A stretch of DNA of 36,639 nt from Microcystaceae cyanobacterium (GCA_041746575.1 JBGTGT010000092.1:1-36639), one strand, 5' to 3'; shown: positions 19,279-29,749, counted from the stretch's first letter. Notes: a model not told the origin generated them from the sequence alone. Translations and numbers: made by a program.

Positions 19279-20007
19279 TTACCGTTGAAATTGCTCTCCC
19301 AGATAATATCTATAGACATCAGGATTATTGTAAAGTTCTTCTCCACTACCGGCCGCAAAAATTTCCCCATCCCGCATAATATAGGCACGATCCGTAATGG
19401 CTAAGGTTTCTCTCACATTATGATCAGTAATCAGAATACCCATCGAGCGATCGCGCAATTGTTTGATCATTCCTTGAATTTCGGAGACGGTAATGGGGTC
19501 GATTCCGGCAAACGGTTCGTCTAGTAATAAAAATTGAGGGCCATTAACCCCCACTGCTAAGGCTCTCGCCAATTCTGTCCGTCGTTTTTCACCCCCTGAA
19601 GCAAATGCGCCTCTAGTATCGCTGATTTTCTCCAAACCAAATTCATATAATAGCTGTTCTAAACGTTTGCGCCGCATCATCGGGGGAACACCCGTTTGTT
19701 CTAACGCCAGCAGAATATTCTGCTTTACCGACAAATTACGGAAAATACTAACTTGTTGGGCTAAATAACCAATACCTAATCTTGCTCGCTGATGCAAGGG
19801 TAAGGCAGTAATATCTTTCTCATCAAACCAAACTTTTCCTTCATTGGGTCTTACTAATCCTGTGGCAATATAAAAAGTGGTGGTTTTTCCCGCGCCGTTT
19901 GGCCCCAATAATCCCACAATTTCGCCGGGAGACACTCTTAAATTAACCCGTTTGACAATTTTCCGTTTTCCGTAGGATTTATGAATATTCTCTAAAACTA
20001 AAGTCAT
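19279..20007 (-). CDS. lptB: LPS export ABC transporter ATP-binding protein
   Basis: GPNGAGKTT Walker A, SGGEKRR, LLLDEPFAGIDP, ITDHNVRETL. Confidence 0.95.
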   Translation of the reverse strand: MTLVLENIHKSYGKRKIVKRVNLRVSPGEIVGLLGPNGAGKTTTFYIATGLVRPNEGKVWFDEKDITALPLHQRARLGIGYLAQQVSIFRNLSVKQNILLALEQTGVPPMMRRKRLEQLLYEFGLEKISDTRGAFASGGEKRRTELARALAVGVNGPQFLLLDEPFAGIDPITVSEIQGMIKQLRDRSMGILITDHNVRETLAITDRAYIMRDGEIFAAGSGEELYNNPDVYRYYLGEQFQR

Positions 20008-20062
20008 CTTTGTGCTGTTTTAATAATCCTCTAAACTTAAGCTGGGTGAAGTCACCTTGTTC

Positions 20063-20497
20063 TTATTGTTGCTTTTCTTCCTCATCCTCCAATAAATAAA
20101 TCGATTCGACTTGTTGTGTCTGCTGAGGCGTTGCAATAAAGCGGCCTTCATCAATCAGATAAGTCATGGTTTCGGCTCTCATGCTATTACCATCTTGTAA
20201 GACATAAACATTGCCCGTCAACACAAGACGACGCTCTCTACTAAAATACTGTGCTTGCGCGGAAGTTGCTTGCATTTTGCGGGCAGGATAATAGATTTGC
20301 ACGTTTCCTCTGGCGGTGACGACTCCTGTCTCAGAATTGGCTTCCTGAACATCTGAGCGTACGGTTAGAGGATTTTTGGGAGGCGTTTGTGCATTAACTG
20401 GACCGTATATTAAAGCCAGAGCCAGTATTAGCCTTAGAATAAGCCATAATTTTTGATTTTTTCTAAAAAAATTGTATTTTTTAGCCAAATAACTCAT
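20063..20497 (-). CDS. lptA: LptA/OstA-family periplasmic LPS transport protein
   Basis: Signal peptide plus beta-jellyroll pattern (TARGNVQ, LTGNVYV); first gene of the lpt cluster. Confidence 0.82.
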   Translation of the reverse strand: MSYLAKKYNFFRKNQKLWLILRLILALALIYGPVNAQTPPKNPLTVRSDVQEANSETGVVTARGNVQIYYPARKMQATSAQAQYFSRERRLVLTGNVYVLQDGNSMRAETMTYLIDEGRFIATPQQTQQVESIYLLEDEEEKQQ

Positions 20498-20706
20498 AAT
20501 AATCTATGTTAATATTATTCAACATCTAATCTAGTTTACTCATTTTTCGGTAAATTGGGGGCATAGCAGAAGGATGAAGTTAAATGTCGGCACTCAGCAG
20601 TAAATTTCTTATTTTGTTCTATCTCAACGTTCTGCCCTAACGTTTAGGACGAAGGGTTAAAGGAAAAGATCCCTCTTTTTCTAAGGTAAAGTCGTGCCAT
20701 CGCTTT

Positions 20707-21996
20707 TTATTGATGTTTGGCAATTAAAAGTTCTTGATGGCGCAGGGTTGTCATCGCGATTTCCCAAGGAAAAGTAAAAGATTGAAAAGATTCTGGAGAA
20801 ATGAGGTCTCTATCTAGGTCAATAATAACTTTCTCAAATATATCAATCAACTTCTGCCGTATCTGCTCTAATTCGTCTAAAGATTCTACCTGATGAATTT
20901 CTCGAATCAGTCGAATGAGTTCTAAATTATAAAGATCTGCCCGATTTTTCTGTTTGCCATTTAACCACATCCGTAGTTGCCAGAGTCCCGAAATCCCTAA
21001 AACGACCACGGATATCCCCAAGCTAATCGGTTCAGCATACTCTACAATAAAGCTGGGTTTATCCTGATTATAGTAAGTTTTTGCCCCTTCATGCCGAGAA
21101 AAACCCAAATAACTCAGAGAATCAGGCGGTGGGATCATTGCCGCTTGCACATTTTCTTGAATCAAGTCATTGCGAGCTTCGTAAAGAATACGGGTAATCT
21201 CGTAAATAATCTCTGAACTGACTTGCTCATGGGTAATTAGGAGAGCGCGAACACCGACAGTCGTTAAATTTTCGTTGGGAATCGGAATCGCTCCGCTATA
21301 TGTTCCTTTGGGAATTTGGGTTTCTTCTAAGGCGGGTAAAAAAAGCTGTAAGGCCGTTCCTTGGTCAACAGCAACCAGTTTAAGCTGAGAATTTTGTAAC
21401 AATTGGTTTATTTGCTTATTTCCAAGGGCAATAACCTGAAAAATAGCATCTACTTGACCTTGCTGTAATTGTTGTATCCCCTGCGCTAAGGGCATCGACG
21501 TTGCTTGAAAATCTGAGGATTTTAGACCATAATGACGACTGAGAACCCAAAATAAAGGGTAAGATCCACTTCCTTTGGGCATTAAGGCAATTTTCTTCCC
21601 TCTGAGATCCTTAAAATGGTTAATATTGGCGGATTGACGCACAATTAAATGAAAAACTTCAGGAAAAAGGAAACTAACGGTTTTAAGCGAAGGACTAAGA
21701 TGAACATCGCTCTGTACAATGGCTAATTCGACCTTTTTTTGCTGTAGCCACTCAACATTTTGCCGTGATCCTTCACTGGGAATTACTTGAAGGTGAATTT
21801 TCGGGTTATGTTCCCCTACCACCTTGGCTAAGGCTTGGCCAAAGGCGTAATATTCTCCGGTTTCGCTGGCAGTCGCTAGGGTTAAGGTCTGGATTTTTTG
21901 GTTATCTCGGTACCATAATAAGCTAGATACCCCTACCATAATGAAGCTAGCTAAGACTATCGGTAATGCGATTTTGCGAAAAGGGGATTCTTGCAT
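20707..21996 (-). CDS. TAXI-family TRAP solute-binding protein with a C-terminal TM and helical extension
   Basis: G.YY..G, GS..N, AIVQSD, LFPEVFHLIVR, GSGS and HEGA..YY motifs. Confidence 0.85.
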   Translation of the reverse strand: MQESPFRKIALPIVLASFIMVGVSSLLWYRDNQKIQTLTLATASETGEYYAFGQALAKVVGEHNPKIHLQVIPSEGSRQNVEWLQQKKVELAIVQSDVHLSPSLKTVSFLFPEVFHLIVRQSANINHFKDLRGKKIALMPKGSGSYPLFWVLSRHYGLKSSDFQATSMPLAQGIQQLQQGQVDAIFQVIALGNKQINQLLQNSQLKLVAVDQGTALQLFLPALEETQIPKGTYSGAIPIPNENLTTVGVRALLITHEQVSSEIIYEITRILYEARNDLIQENVQAAMIPPPDSLSYLGFSRHEGAKTYYNQDKPSFIVEYAEPISLGISVVVLGISGLWQLRMWLNGKQKNRADLYNLELIRLIREIHQVESLDELEQIRQKLIDIFEKVIIDLDRDLISPESFQSFTFPWEIAMTTLRHQELLIAKHQ

Positions 21997-22110
21997 AACC
22001 TTGGCAATTCAAATATGACAGCTAATGGCAATTAAGGCGGCTCACCCTTAACACTAGCAAAGCGGCCTCAAATTTGATCTTGTTATACTCTAATACTCTA
22101 ATAATCGTCC

Positions 22111-23064
22111 TCAATGGGATGCTCTTAAATGCCGCCACCACGCTAATAACGAACTAGCCACAAAAATACTGGAATAAGCCCCTGCCGTGAAGCCAATCAT
22201 TAAAGCTAAAGCAAAATACTTCAGGGTTTCGCCACCAAACAGGAAAATAGCAACCAACGGCAAAATCGTCGTTAAAGAGGTATTAATCGAACGGGTTAAG
22301 GTTTGATTGACTGAAATATCAACAATTTCATTAATAGATAAGTTGGGATTTTTAGCTAAATTTTCCCGCACTCGGTCATAAATAACAACAGTATCATTGA
22401 CGGAAAAACCAATAATGGTCAATAGTGAAACAAGGAATAAACTATCGACTTCTACCCCTGCCACTAACCCTAAAATAGCAAATACACCTGCCGTTACTAA
22501 AACGTCGTGAAATAAAGCAACAATAGCAAAAAAGGCGTAATCAAACTGAAATCGCAAACTGAGATAGACAATAATGCCGAAAAAGGACACCAGCAACGCC
22601 AGTAACCCAGAAGTAAATAATTCTCGGCCAATCGTCGGTCCGACGGTGTCGATTTGAATCGTTTCGGGGTCAAATTTACCAATTTTTTGGTTTAATTCCT
22701 GTTGTAGCTGACTCCGTTGGTCGACATCTAGGGTTTTTGTACGAATGGCCAAGATATTATCTTCAAGGATTTGAACCGTACTGTTTTCTAAACCCTGTTC
22801 GGCTAAAATTTGTCTAACTTCGCCCGTATCTAAGTTTTTCTCACAATTGCCCTGTACGGCACATTCTAACTGTAGTTGCAGACGTGTCCCGCCAATAAAA
22901 TCCAAACTGGGACGAAGGGGAGCTTGTAGCGTATTGTAGGAGATAATCATGGCAATGATGCCCGCTGCCATTAAAGTTGCTGAAATCAGCCACCAAAGCG
23001 ATCGCCATTTGATCACGCTAAACTTAAGGGGTATCAATGAGTTAGTCATAGTTTTAAAAAACAT
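22111..23064 (-). CDS. secF: Protein translocase subunit SecF
   Basis: [33 protein letters not shown] and TLTRSINTS motifs. Confidence 0.96.
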   Translation of the reverse strand: MFFKTMTNSLIPLKFSVIKWRSLWWLISATLMAAGIIAMIISYNTLQAPLRPSLDFIGGTRLQLQLECAVQGNCEKNLDTGEVRQILAEQGLENSTVQILEDNILAIRTKTLDVDQRSQLQQELNQKIGKFDPETIQIDTVGPTIGRELFTSGLLALLVSFFGIIVYLSLRFQFDYAFFAIVALFHDVLVTAGVFAILGLVAGVEVDSLFLVSLLTIIGFSVNDTVVIYDRVRENLAKNPNLSINEIVDISVNQTLTRSINTSLTTILPLVAIFLFGGETLKYFALALMIGFTAGAYSSIFVASSLLAWWRHLRASH

Positions 23065-23085
23065 ATTAAGTTTAAAAAGCTTATT

Positions 23086-24486
23086 TTAAGCTTCTTTGGC
23101 TAGATTAGGACAAAACAATTCAGGTTTTTGTCGAATGCTCGGAAAACCCAACACCGTAAATAACATTAACGTTCGACTACAAGTTAAGGCCGTAAACATA
23201 CTAATCAGTACCCCAATCGCCAAGGTAACGGCAAAACCTCGGACTAAACCCGACCCTAACCAAATTAGTGCGCCACAGGCAATTAAAGTCGTTATATTAC
23301 TGTCTAAAATACTTGAAAAAGCTCGATAAAAGCCTGATTCAACGGCACGATAGAGGGTATTTCCTGCTCGCAATTCTTCTCTTGTCCGTTCAAAAATCAA
23401 GACATTGGCATCAACCGCCATGCCAATACTAAGAATGAATCCCGCAATCCCCGGTAATGTGAGGGTAACCCCCACCAAGGAAAAAACCGCTAGGGTTAGA
23501 ATTGCATAGATAATTAAAGCAACATTCGCAATAATCCCCGGTAATCGATAATAAATTATCATGAAAATTAACACCAAGATCAGTCCAGCTAGTCCGGCGT
23601 AAATACTGCGACGCACACTATCTTGGCCTAGGGTTGCCCCAACGGTACGATTTTCCACGATAGCAACCGGAAACGGCAGAGAACCCCCTCTTAACTGCAC
23701 TGCTAAGTCATTGGCCGATTCGACGGTAAAATTTCCGGTAATGACGGCACTTCCCCCTGCAATTCCCGTGGCGGCAAATTCGGGTCCCACAACTGGCGCG
23801 CTAACCAATTCATTATCAAGGAAAATACCAATTGTTCGACCTGTTCCAGCGATATTTTTGGTTAAATTGGCAAATTTTTCTCCACCCTCTTGATCAAAAC
23901 GAATCGCCACTTCCCACCCCGTTCCTGATTGGTTAGGACTCGGACGGGCATCTTTGAGATTTTTGCCGCTTAACGCAACGTCGTCGAAAAGGTTTAAGAT
24001 AGCTTCATTAGATTTTTGAATAGATTCTCTAAGTTCTGCTATTTTTTCAGCATTTTCTGAAGGTTTTGCTTTTAGAACCTCTAACTCCCCTTGCATTTGT
24101 CTTAGAATTGTATATTCTGCCTGAAATTGCCCCTCTGTTCCCTGACGTTGTTGTAAAAAGGCCAGTTGTGCCGTTCCCCCTAACACCCGCTCTGCTTGCG
24201 CTGGATTCGTTACGCCCGGTAACTGAACTAAAATCTTATCTTGTCCAGCTTGTTGGACTAAAGGTTCAGCAACCCCTAACGCATTGATGCGATTTTCGAT
24301 CACTCGTTGAACGGCTGTTAAATCCTGCTCGGTAACCTTTTGCTCTGCCGTTTTTTGGACTTGAATGGTTAATTGTGCGCCTCCTTTTAGGTCTAACCCT
24401 AATTGTAATCCCAGAGTGGATAAGATAGCGATCGCACCGATGACCAGCACGAAGATAAAAGCAAGGAGACTGCGTTGTTTCTGCAT
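23086..24486 (-). CDS. secD: Protein translocase subunit SecD
   Basis: LGLDLKGG, GV.EP, TLPGIAG.ILSIGMAVDANVLIFER. Confidence 0.96.
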   Translation of the reverse strand: MQKQRSLLAFIFVLVIGAIAILSTLGLQLGLDLKGGAQLTIQVQKTAEQKVTEQDLTAVQRVIENRINALGVAEPLVQQAGQDKILVQLPGVTNPAQAERVLGGTAQLAFLQQRQGTEGQFQAEYTILRQMQGELEVLKAKPSENAEKIAELRESIQKSNEAILNLFDDVALSGKNLKDARPSPNQSGTGWEVAIRFDQEGGEKFANLTKNIAGTGRTIGIFLDNELVSAPVVGPEFAATGIAGGSAVITGNFTVESANDLAVQLRGGSLPFPVAIVENRTVGATLGQDSVRRSIYAGLAGLILVLIFMIIYYRLPGIIANVALIIYAILTLAVFSLVGVTLTLPGIAGFILSIGMAVDANVLIFERTREELRAGNTLYRAVESGFYRAFSSILDSNITTLIACGALIWLGSGLVRGFAVTLAIGVLISMFTALTCSRTLMLFTVLGFPSIRQKPELFCPNLAKEA

Positions 24487-24550
24487 TGTAGATTTTCGGT
24501 GTTAGAGGTTAAATGTTAAGGAATTTATCCCTAATTAGTGAATTATTGCA

Positions 24551-25534
24551 TTAGACTTGGAGAAGCATCAGTTTCTTGGCCGCTTCGACAATCTGCGGGG
24601 GTTGGACAATGGTTAACCGTTCTAATGCACCATTGTAAGGTGTCGGAATGTCTTGGGAAGAAAGACGAATCACCGGGGCATCTAATTCATCAAATAGTTG
24701 ATCATTAATTAAAGCCACCAATTCCGCCGCAATTCCTCCTGTTTTCATACATTCTTCTACAATAATAACTCGATGGGTTTTGCGAATAGATTCGCTAATA
24801 GTCGCCATATCAAAGGGTTTTAGACTAATTAAATCAATAATTTCAGGATCGATTCCCTCTTTCTCCATTTGTTTTAATGCCTGTAGGCAATGATGCCGCA
24901 TTCGAGAGTAAGTTAAAATAGTGACGTCTTTGCCTTGGCGGATAACTTCGGCTTTGTCAAGGGGAACAATGTATTCCCCTTCGGGTAAATTCTCTTTAAG
25001 ATTATATAAAAGAACGTGTTCAAAAAATAAAACAGGATTTTCGTCTCGAATGGCTGATTTTAATAATCCTTTAGCATTATAAGGGGTAGAACAAGCCACA
25101 ATTTTTAAGCCCGGGACAGCATGAAAATAGGCTTCTAGGCGTTGAGAATGTTCTGCACCTAGTTGTCTGCCGACGCCACCGGGGCCACGAATGACCATCG
25201 GAATTTTAAAGTTGCCTCCCGACGTATAACGGAGCATTCCCGCATTATTAGCGATTTGATTAAAGGCTAGCAATAAAAACCCCATATTCATCCCCTCGAT
25301 AATGGGACGTAATCCTGTCATCGCCGCACCCACCGCCATCCCAGTGAAGCTATTTTCGGCAATGGGTGTATCTAAGACTCGCAAGTCCCCATATTTTTCA
25401 TACAAATCTTTGGTCACTTTATATGACCCTCCGTAGTGTCCCACATCTTCCCCTAAAACAAATACGGTGTCATCACGACTCATTTCTTCATCAATTGCTT
25501 GACGTAGCGCATTAAATAATAAAGTTTCTGCCAT
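24551..25534 (-). CDS. pdhB: Pyruvate dehydrogenase E1 beta subunit
   Basis: [26 protein letters not shown] and GAEHSQ motifs; ATG 25534 preferred. Confidence 0.97.
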   Translation of the reverse strand: MAETLLFNALRQAIDEEMSRDDTVFVLGEDVGHYGGSYKVTKDLYEKYGDLRVLDTPIAENSFTGMAVGAAMTGLRPIIEGMNMGFLLLAFNQIANNAGMLRYTSGGNFKIPMVIRGPGGVGRQLGAEHSQRLEAYFHAVPGLKIVACSTPYNAKGLLKSAIRDENPVLFFEHVLLYNLKENLPEGEYIVPLDKAEVIRQGKDVTILTYSRMRHHCLQALKQMEKEGIDPEIIDLISLKPFDMATISESIRKTHRVIIVEECMKTGGIAAELVALINDQLFDELDAPVIRLSSQDIPTPYNGALERLTIVQPPQIVEAAKKLMLLQV

Positions 25535-25739
25535 TGTCTTGATTTCCAATCTCAGGGCTAAGTGCTATCAAGCTCTCTATTTTACAGGATTATTGTCCCT
25601 TCTTGATAACTGAATAATCAAAGTCCTTAATTTAGCCTACCGAAAGCCTACCGAATCCCAGAAATCTTAACAGGAACTATTCTTTGTTAAAAAGAATTTA
25701 CTAAAACAAAATGGGAGAAATATCTTTAAAGAGTGACAG

Positions 25740-25844
25740 CAAAAAATGAGGGTGAATTCTAAGTGAATTGTACTTGATTTATTTGACTTGACATGATACT
25801 ATTTAGATAATGGAAAAAGAGTGCGCCTGTTTATCTCTGTTGCC
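25740..25844 (+). repeat. 105-bp direct repeat, copy 1, containing a sigma70-like promoter
   Basis: 6 mismatches to 26025-26129 (offset 285); TTGACT (25783-25788), 17-nt spacer, GATAAT (25806-25811). Confidence 0.9.
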
Positions 25845-25909
25845 AAAAAATTTTTACTTAATTCTTCATTTTTTTGCTTAATAATCGCTAATTGCCGTGG
25901 GAAAATGCT

Positions 25910-26047
25910 ATGACTTGATCACCCACCCAACATTTACAGACACTATACAATCAAGATTATGATTCTCCGTCTGATTTTGCAACCTTAGAAGACATTCTAA
26001 ACAAAGATTGGTTACTCTCTCGTACAAAAAATGAGGGTGAATTCTAA
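25910..26047 (+). pseudogene. Internally deleted DUF29-like gene remnant
   Basis: MT*SPTQHLQTLYNQDY-DSPSDF-ATLEDILNKDWLLSRTKNEGEF*: a DUF29-like N-terminus (LY.QDY) joined to a DUF29-like C-terminus (TLE.IL..DWL), with a stop at codon 3. Confidence 0.55.
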
Positions 26048-26129
26048 GTGAATTGTGCTTGATTTATTTGACTTGACATGATATTATTTAGATAATGGGA
26101 AAAGAGTGCGCCCGTTTACCTCCGTTGCC
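26025..26129 (+). repeat. 105-bp direct repeat, copy 2
   Basis: Matches copy 1; promoter hexamers at 26068-26073 and 26091-26096. Confidence 0.9.
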
Positions 26130-26260
26130 CAAGGATTTTAAGTCAATAAGATTCAATGATAAAAATAACCGAGGTTAGGAGGCGATGAATCCTAAACCGA
26201 TTTGCCGATTAACAAAGAATATAATACCCTAAAAGAAGGCGGAACAGAAGATCTTGATCA

Positions 26261-26506
26261 TTTGATAGCGTTTTGAATGAGATAAAACAGAAAATTAGGC
26301 TTCAAGCTTATGTAATGACAATTTGTGCCGAAGGAGAAACAAGTAATGATAACTTATCCATCTTCGACGTCGAACAAGATATCTTAAGTAGCATTATATC
26401 GGAACCTCAAAAAGACAAGTTAACTTCAGAATCTAAGTATCGAATCAAAGGCAAGACAATTGATAACGACTTATTCTGTCTATTACTTCAATTCCTAAAT
26501 CTTTAG
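26261..26506 (+). pseudogene. Degenerate DUF4258-like (putative toxin) gene
   Basis: FDSVLNEIKQKIRLQAYVMTICAEGE..NDNLSIFDVEQ.IL..II.E.QKD...KYRIKG.TI resembles DUF4258 proteins; no ATG start, the usual His in T.HA is Cys, and the C-terminus diverges. Confidence 0.55.
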
Positions 26507-26655
26507 CAACACCTCCATCAATCCAAGCCATCCGCTTTGTTAATTCTAATACGTTGAGTTTTTCGGAGCCATTAAATAACCCTTTGAAAGCTTCTCCTTT
26601 TGACATGATTAACCAAAATAAACGCATTCAAACAAGTCTTCTCAAAAAGTTACAG

Positions 26656-27099
26656 CTACTTTAATCGCCGAATGAACTCTAAAGGTAAACCATCCATATC
26701 TGCAATAAAAGCTACTTCATAAACATGATCACCGATCATTTGTTGGGTCGGTTCAAGTAATATTTTTAAAGAGAGAATGGGTTTAGAATCGGTTGGAGAA
26801 ACGGTCTGAATCTGAAAACGTTCTTTAAGGCAATCTAACCAAGTGGGTAAACTCTCCGTAACTTGACTTAAATCAAAAGAAGGATGATAATAACCGACAT
26901 AATGCTCATCATTAAAAGCATCTGGCGCGGGTTTAGGTTCAGGAATATCAATTAACTCAATTCTCCCCCCCAATCCCTCCATCCAACAGGCTAAAGTATA
27001 ACCCGCAGTAAAACGTTCTTTCACGATAAAGCCCAGTTTCTCATAAAAAGCGATCGCTGTGTAAATATTTGCCGTTCGGATAGAAACATGATGTAGCAT
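26656..27099 (-). CDS. VOC/glyoxalase family protein
   Basis: MLHHVSIRT..I..AIAFYE.LGF and FIAD.DGLPLEF motifs. Confidence 0.9.
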   Translation of the reverse strand: MLHHVSIRTANIYTAIAFYEKLGFIVKERFTAGYTLACWMEGLGGRIELIDIPEPKPAPDAFNDEHYVGYYHPSFDLSQVTESLPTWLDCLKERFQIQTVSPTDSKPILSLKILLEPTQQMIGDHVYEVAFIADMDGLPLEFIRRLK

Positions 27100-27146
27100 T
27101 GTCAGTTATCAGTAAACAGTAAGCCAACTCTTATTAATTATTCTTA

Positions 27147-27902
27147 TTATTTTTGAAAACCCGTCGCAAAGACCTTTTGATAAAGATAGTGACAGGTAAC
27201 CTTCGTAAAAGTTGTGGCTTCATTAATTTGCCAATTATCAACTATAATGCCATTAAAAATTGCGTGACTAAAATCTGTTCCTAATGCCTTACATTCGCTT
27301 AAATTCGCTTTTTCTAAATTGGCTCGACTAAAATCGGCTTTACTCAAATCAGCACCGGTTAAATTTACACTTTTTCCGTTAATTTTTCGTAAATTTGCGG
27401 CAAAACAGTTGGCTTTTCCTAAATCTGCTAACGTTAAATTTGCATTTCTCAATTCCGCTTGACTGAAATCGACTTCTCTTAAGTAAGCCTCATAAAAATT
27501 AACATGATGGAGGGAAGCCCGATTAAAGCGAGCCTGATAAAGATAAGCATAGTCAAAATGAGCTTTCGTTAAGGTTGCTCGAATTAAAGATGATTTCAAC
27601 AGACAAGCATGAGAAAATTGGGTATGAATTAGCAAAGCTTGCTCAAAATGAGTTTCCTGACAATTGGCTTGACTGAGGATGGCTTGACTCAGATTTGCTT
27701 CGTTTAAATTGCTGTAACTGAGGTCACTTTGATGAAAATTTACCCGCCTTAGGTTTGCTTTTGCCAGATTAATACCCCTTAGACACGTTTTGCTTAAGTT
27801 AGCTTCCGATAAATCAATTTTCGCATGGGGATACTTTTCTCGCCACTGATTCCAACGCTGAACGTTGTCTAGAATTCGCTGAAGCTGTTCTGGGTCGGCC
27901 AT
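27147..27902 (-). CDS. Pentapeptide repeat protein
   Basis: MA.PE.L......WN.WR N-terminus followed by A.L repeats; ATG 27902. Confidence 0.9.
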   Translation of the reverse strand: MADPEQLQRILDNVQRWNQWREKYPHAKIDLSEANLSKTCLRGINLAKANLRRVNFHQSDLSYSNLNEANLSQAILSQANCQETHFEQALLIHTQFSHACLLKSSLIRATLTKAHFDYAYLYQARFNRASLHHVNFYEAYLREVDFSQAELRNANLTLADLGKANCFAANLRKINGKSVNLTGADLSKADFSRANLEKANLSECKALGTDFSHAIFNGIIVDNWQINEATTFTKVTCHYLYQKVFATGFQK

Positions 27903-28084
27903 TGGCAATATAATAAGGCAAATAAAGAAATCGGGGCAAGGAAATAGAAGTAAGTAATCTAGTAGCTGTCAAATTTAGATTTATGGGTAGAGACAAGCAG
28001 AGGAAGCAGGGGAAGATTTATTCTTAATTTCTAAATTGATAGCCTACTAGAGAAATGATTTTTGTCGATGCGATTAGCCCCTTA

Positions 28085-29749
28085 CTACTCTCCTTTGCGG
28101 GGGGCTGTTGTGCCTAATGGCGTAGCTTCCTCGTGAATCGCAGGAGCAATGGGTTCAGCTTTCGGATTAAGTTGTTCTCTTACAACTTCAGGAGCAGGAT
28201 TAGGGGTTTTACGAGTTGCAGAAGGAGCAGGGGGGGTATTTTCCTGAATCGGTTGCGGTTTGACTTGAGGGGTTTGCGGTTCAGGCACTTTGCGAATGGC
28301 AGAAGGAGCAGGGGGGGTATTTTCTGGCTTTGGTTCTGGTTTTGGCTCAAAATCAGGTACTTTCTGAATAGCCGCTGGGGGATTAACGGGAATCGGTTGG
28401 GGCTGAGAGGGATTCGGTTGAGCCTCTGGTACTTTCTGAATAGCCGCCGGAGGATTAACAGGAATCGGTTGAGGTTGAGAGGGATTCGGTTGAGCCTCTG
28501 GTACTTTCTGAATAGCCGCCGGAGGATTGACAGGAATTGGTTGGGGTTGAGAGGGATTCGGTGGCGTATCTGGGGCTTTTGGAGTCGGTGCTTGTCGAAC
28601 TGCAACCGCCGGACAAATTTCATCATTGTAGTTAAAATTAACTGACACTCGATAGGGTTGCACCTGACCACTTCCGTTATCGAATTGTGCCCCTTTAATT
28701 TGTTGTAATGCTTGTTGATTGAAAAGAGGATAACCTGAACTTTTAATTAGATAGGGTTGGGCGACTTGTCCTTGAGCATCTACAGAAATCCCATAAACGG
28801 CGGTTCCTTCTAGTTGTCGCAAACAGGCCGCTTTGGGATAATTACCGACCAAATTCGTTGATTTTGGTTTAACTGCCTTAACTTTTGCCAACCAAGTGAC
28901 ATCATTGCGCAAAGCCGCATCATTACTGGTATTTTCATTATCATACCGTAAGCTTTCTGCTCCTTGAAGGGTTGAGGCCACTAAACGGCGGATTCGTTGG
29001 TCTTGTAACGCTTGCGCTTGTTGTTGAGGGTTTGTCGGTAGCGGTTGTGCGCTGGGAGGTTTTTCAGGAGAGAAAGGGGGCGCAATCGCCACGTCTGGGG
29101 ACGTCGACGGTAGCGTTGGCACGTTAAATCGGCGATTGATTAACTCATCGGCAGGAATAGGAGGTCTGAGTTCACCAAAGTCAGGTCGAGCTTGAGATTC
29201 GGGTAAACCGGGTAAATTCGGGGAGGGAAAGTCCGAGACAGGCGGTAAAGGAGGGCTATAGCTTCTGGGGGTTGGCCAAGAAAAGCGACTAGAAGAAATC
29301 GGTGGAATTGAGCGTGGAGTAACGGTAATCGGTAAATTTGTGCGGTAATTGTAGGTCAAAGGGGGTAAAGCGGGGGGAAGAGGCGGCAAGTCGGGTAGGG
29401 CCGATTGAAGAAGATTAGCATCAATATCTAAGTTAGGAGAGGGAAGGTCGGGAATATTCGAGACATCGGGCAGAGTCAAATCGTTAATATCAAAAGATTG
29501 TGACGATAAATCGGGTAAACGAGACTGTTCTGCTTTATTGAGTTCAATCAAATCGACCGCTTGGGGCCCTGTCGATTGAAGCGTCGGCGGAGACATCAGC
29601 TTCGGTAGCACGAGCAGGAGAATTAAGCTATGAATTCCCAAAGACGCAATCAGAAAAAGACTGTTTGAATTCAGTGTCTTAAACGGGGTAGGGAAGACGG
29701 CAGGGGTCGAGGAAGCAGAAAAAGTCATGACCGTTGACCAAAGCGACAC
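28085..29749 (-). CDS. TonB-family protein (N-terminal TM, Pro-rich spacer, TonB C-domain, Pro-rich repeat tail)
   Basis: S.G.H in the TM helix; YPKAA…EG.A…V…G……SSGY.LFN..A TonB_C pattern; exact start uncertain. Confidence 0.8.
   Translation of the reverse strand: MSLWSTVMTFSASSTPAVFPTPFKTLNSNSLFLIASLGIHSLILLLVLPKLMSPPTLQSTGPQAVDLIELNKAEQSRLPDLSSQSFDINDLTLPDVSNIPDLPSPNLDIDANLLQSALPDLPPLPPALPPLTYNYRTNLPITVTPRSIPPISSSRFSWPTPRSYSPPLPPVSDFPSPNLPGLPESQARPDFGELRPPIPADELINRRFNVPTLPSTSPDVAIAPPFSPEKPPSAQPLPTNPQQQAQALQDQRIRRLVASTLQGAESLRYDNENTSNDAALRNDVTWLAKVKAVKPKSTNLVGNYPKAACLRQLEGTAVYGISVDAQGQVAQPYLIKSSGYPLFNQQALQQIKGAQFDNGSGQVQPYRVSVNFNYNDEICPAVAVRQAPTPKAPDTPPNPSQPQPIPVNPPAAIQKVPEAQPNPSQPQPIPVNPPAAIQKVPEAQPNPSQPQPIPVNPPAAIQKVPDFEPKPEPKPENTPPAPSAIRKVPEPQTPQVKPQPIQENTPPAPSATRKTPNPAPEVVREQLNPKAEPIAPAIHEEATPLGTTAPRKGE
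28356..28562 (-). repeat. About 2.9 tandem copies of a 72-bp coding repeat (PNPSQPQPIPVNPPAAIQKVPEAQ)
   Basis: GGTACTTTCTGAATAGCCGC recurs at 28356, 28428 and 28500; a second ENTPPAPSA repeat occurs at about 28218 and 28299. Confidence 0.95.

Noticed and set aside
25740..26129. CRISPR array or glutamine riboswitch
   Set aside because: Only two 105-bp units with 180 bp between them and no cas genes; the reverse-strand ACGGAGGTA only partly resembles the glnA motif and lacks its other elements.
28133..28671. 170-aa (+) and 163-aa (-) repetitive ORFs
   Set aside because: Shadow frames created by the Pro-rich tandem repeats of the TonB-like gene.
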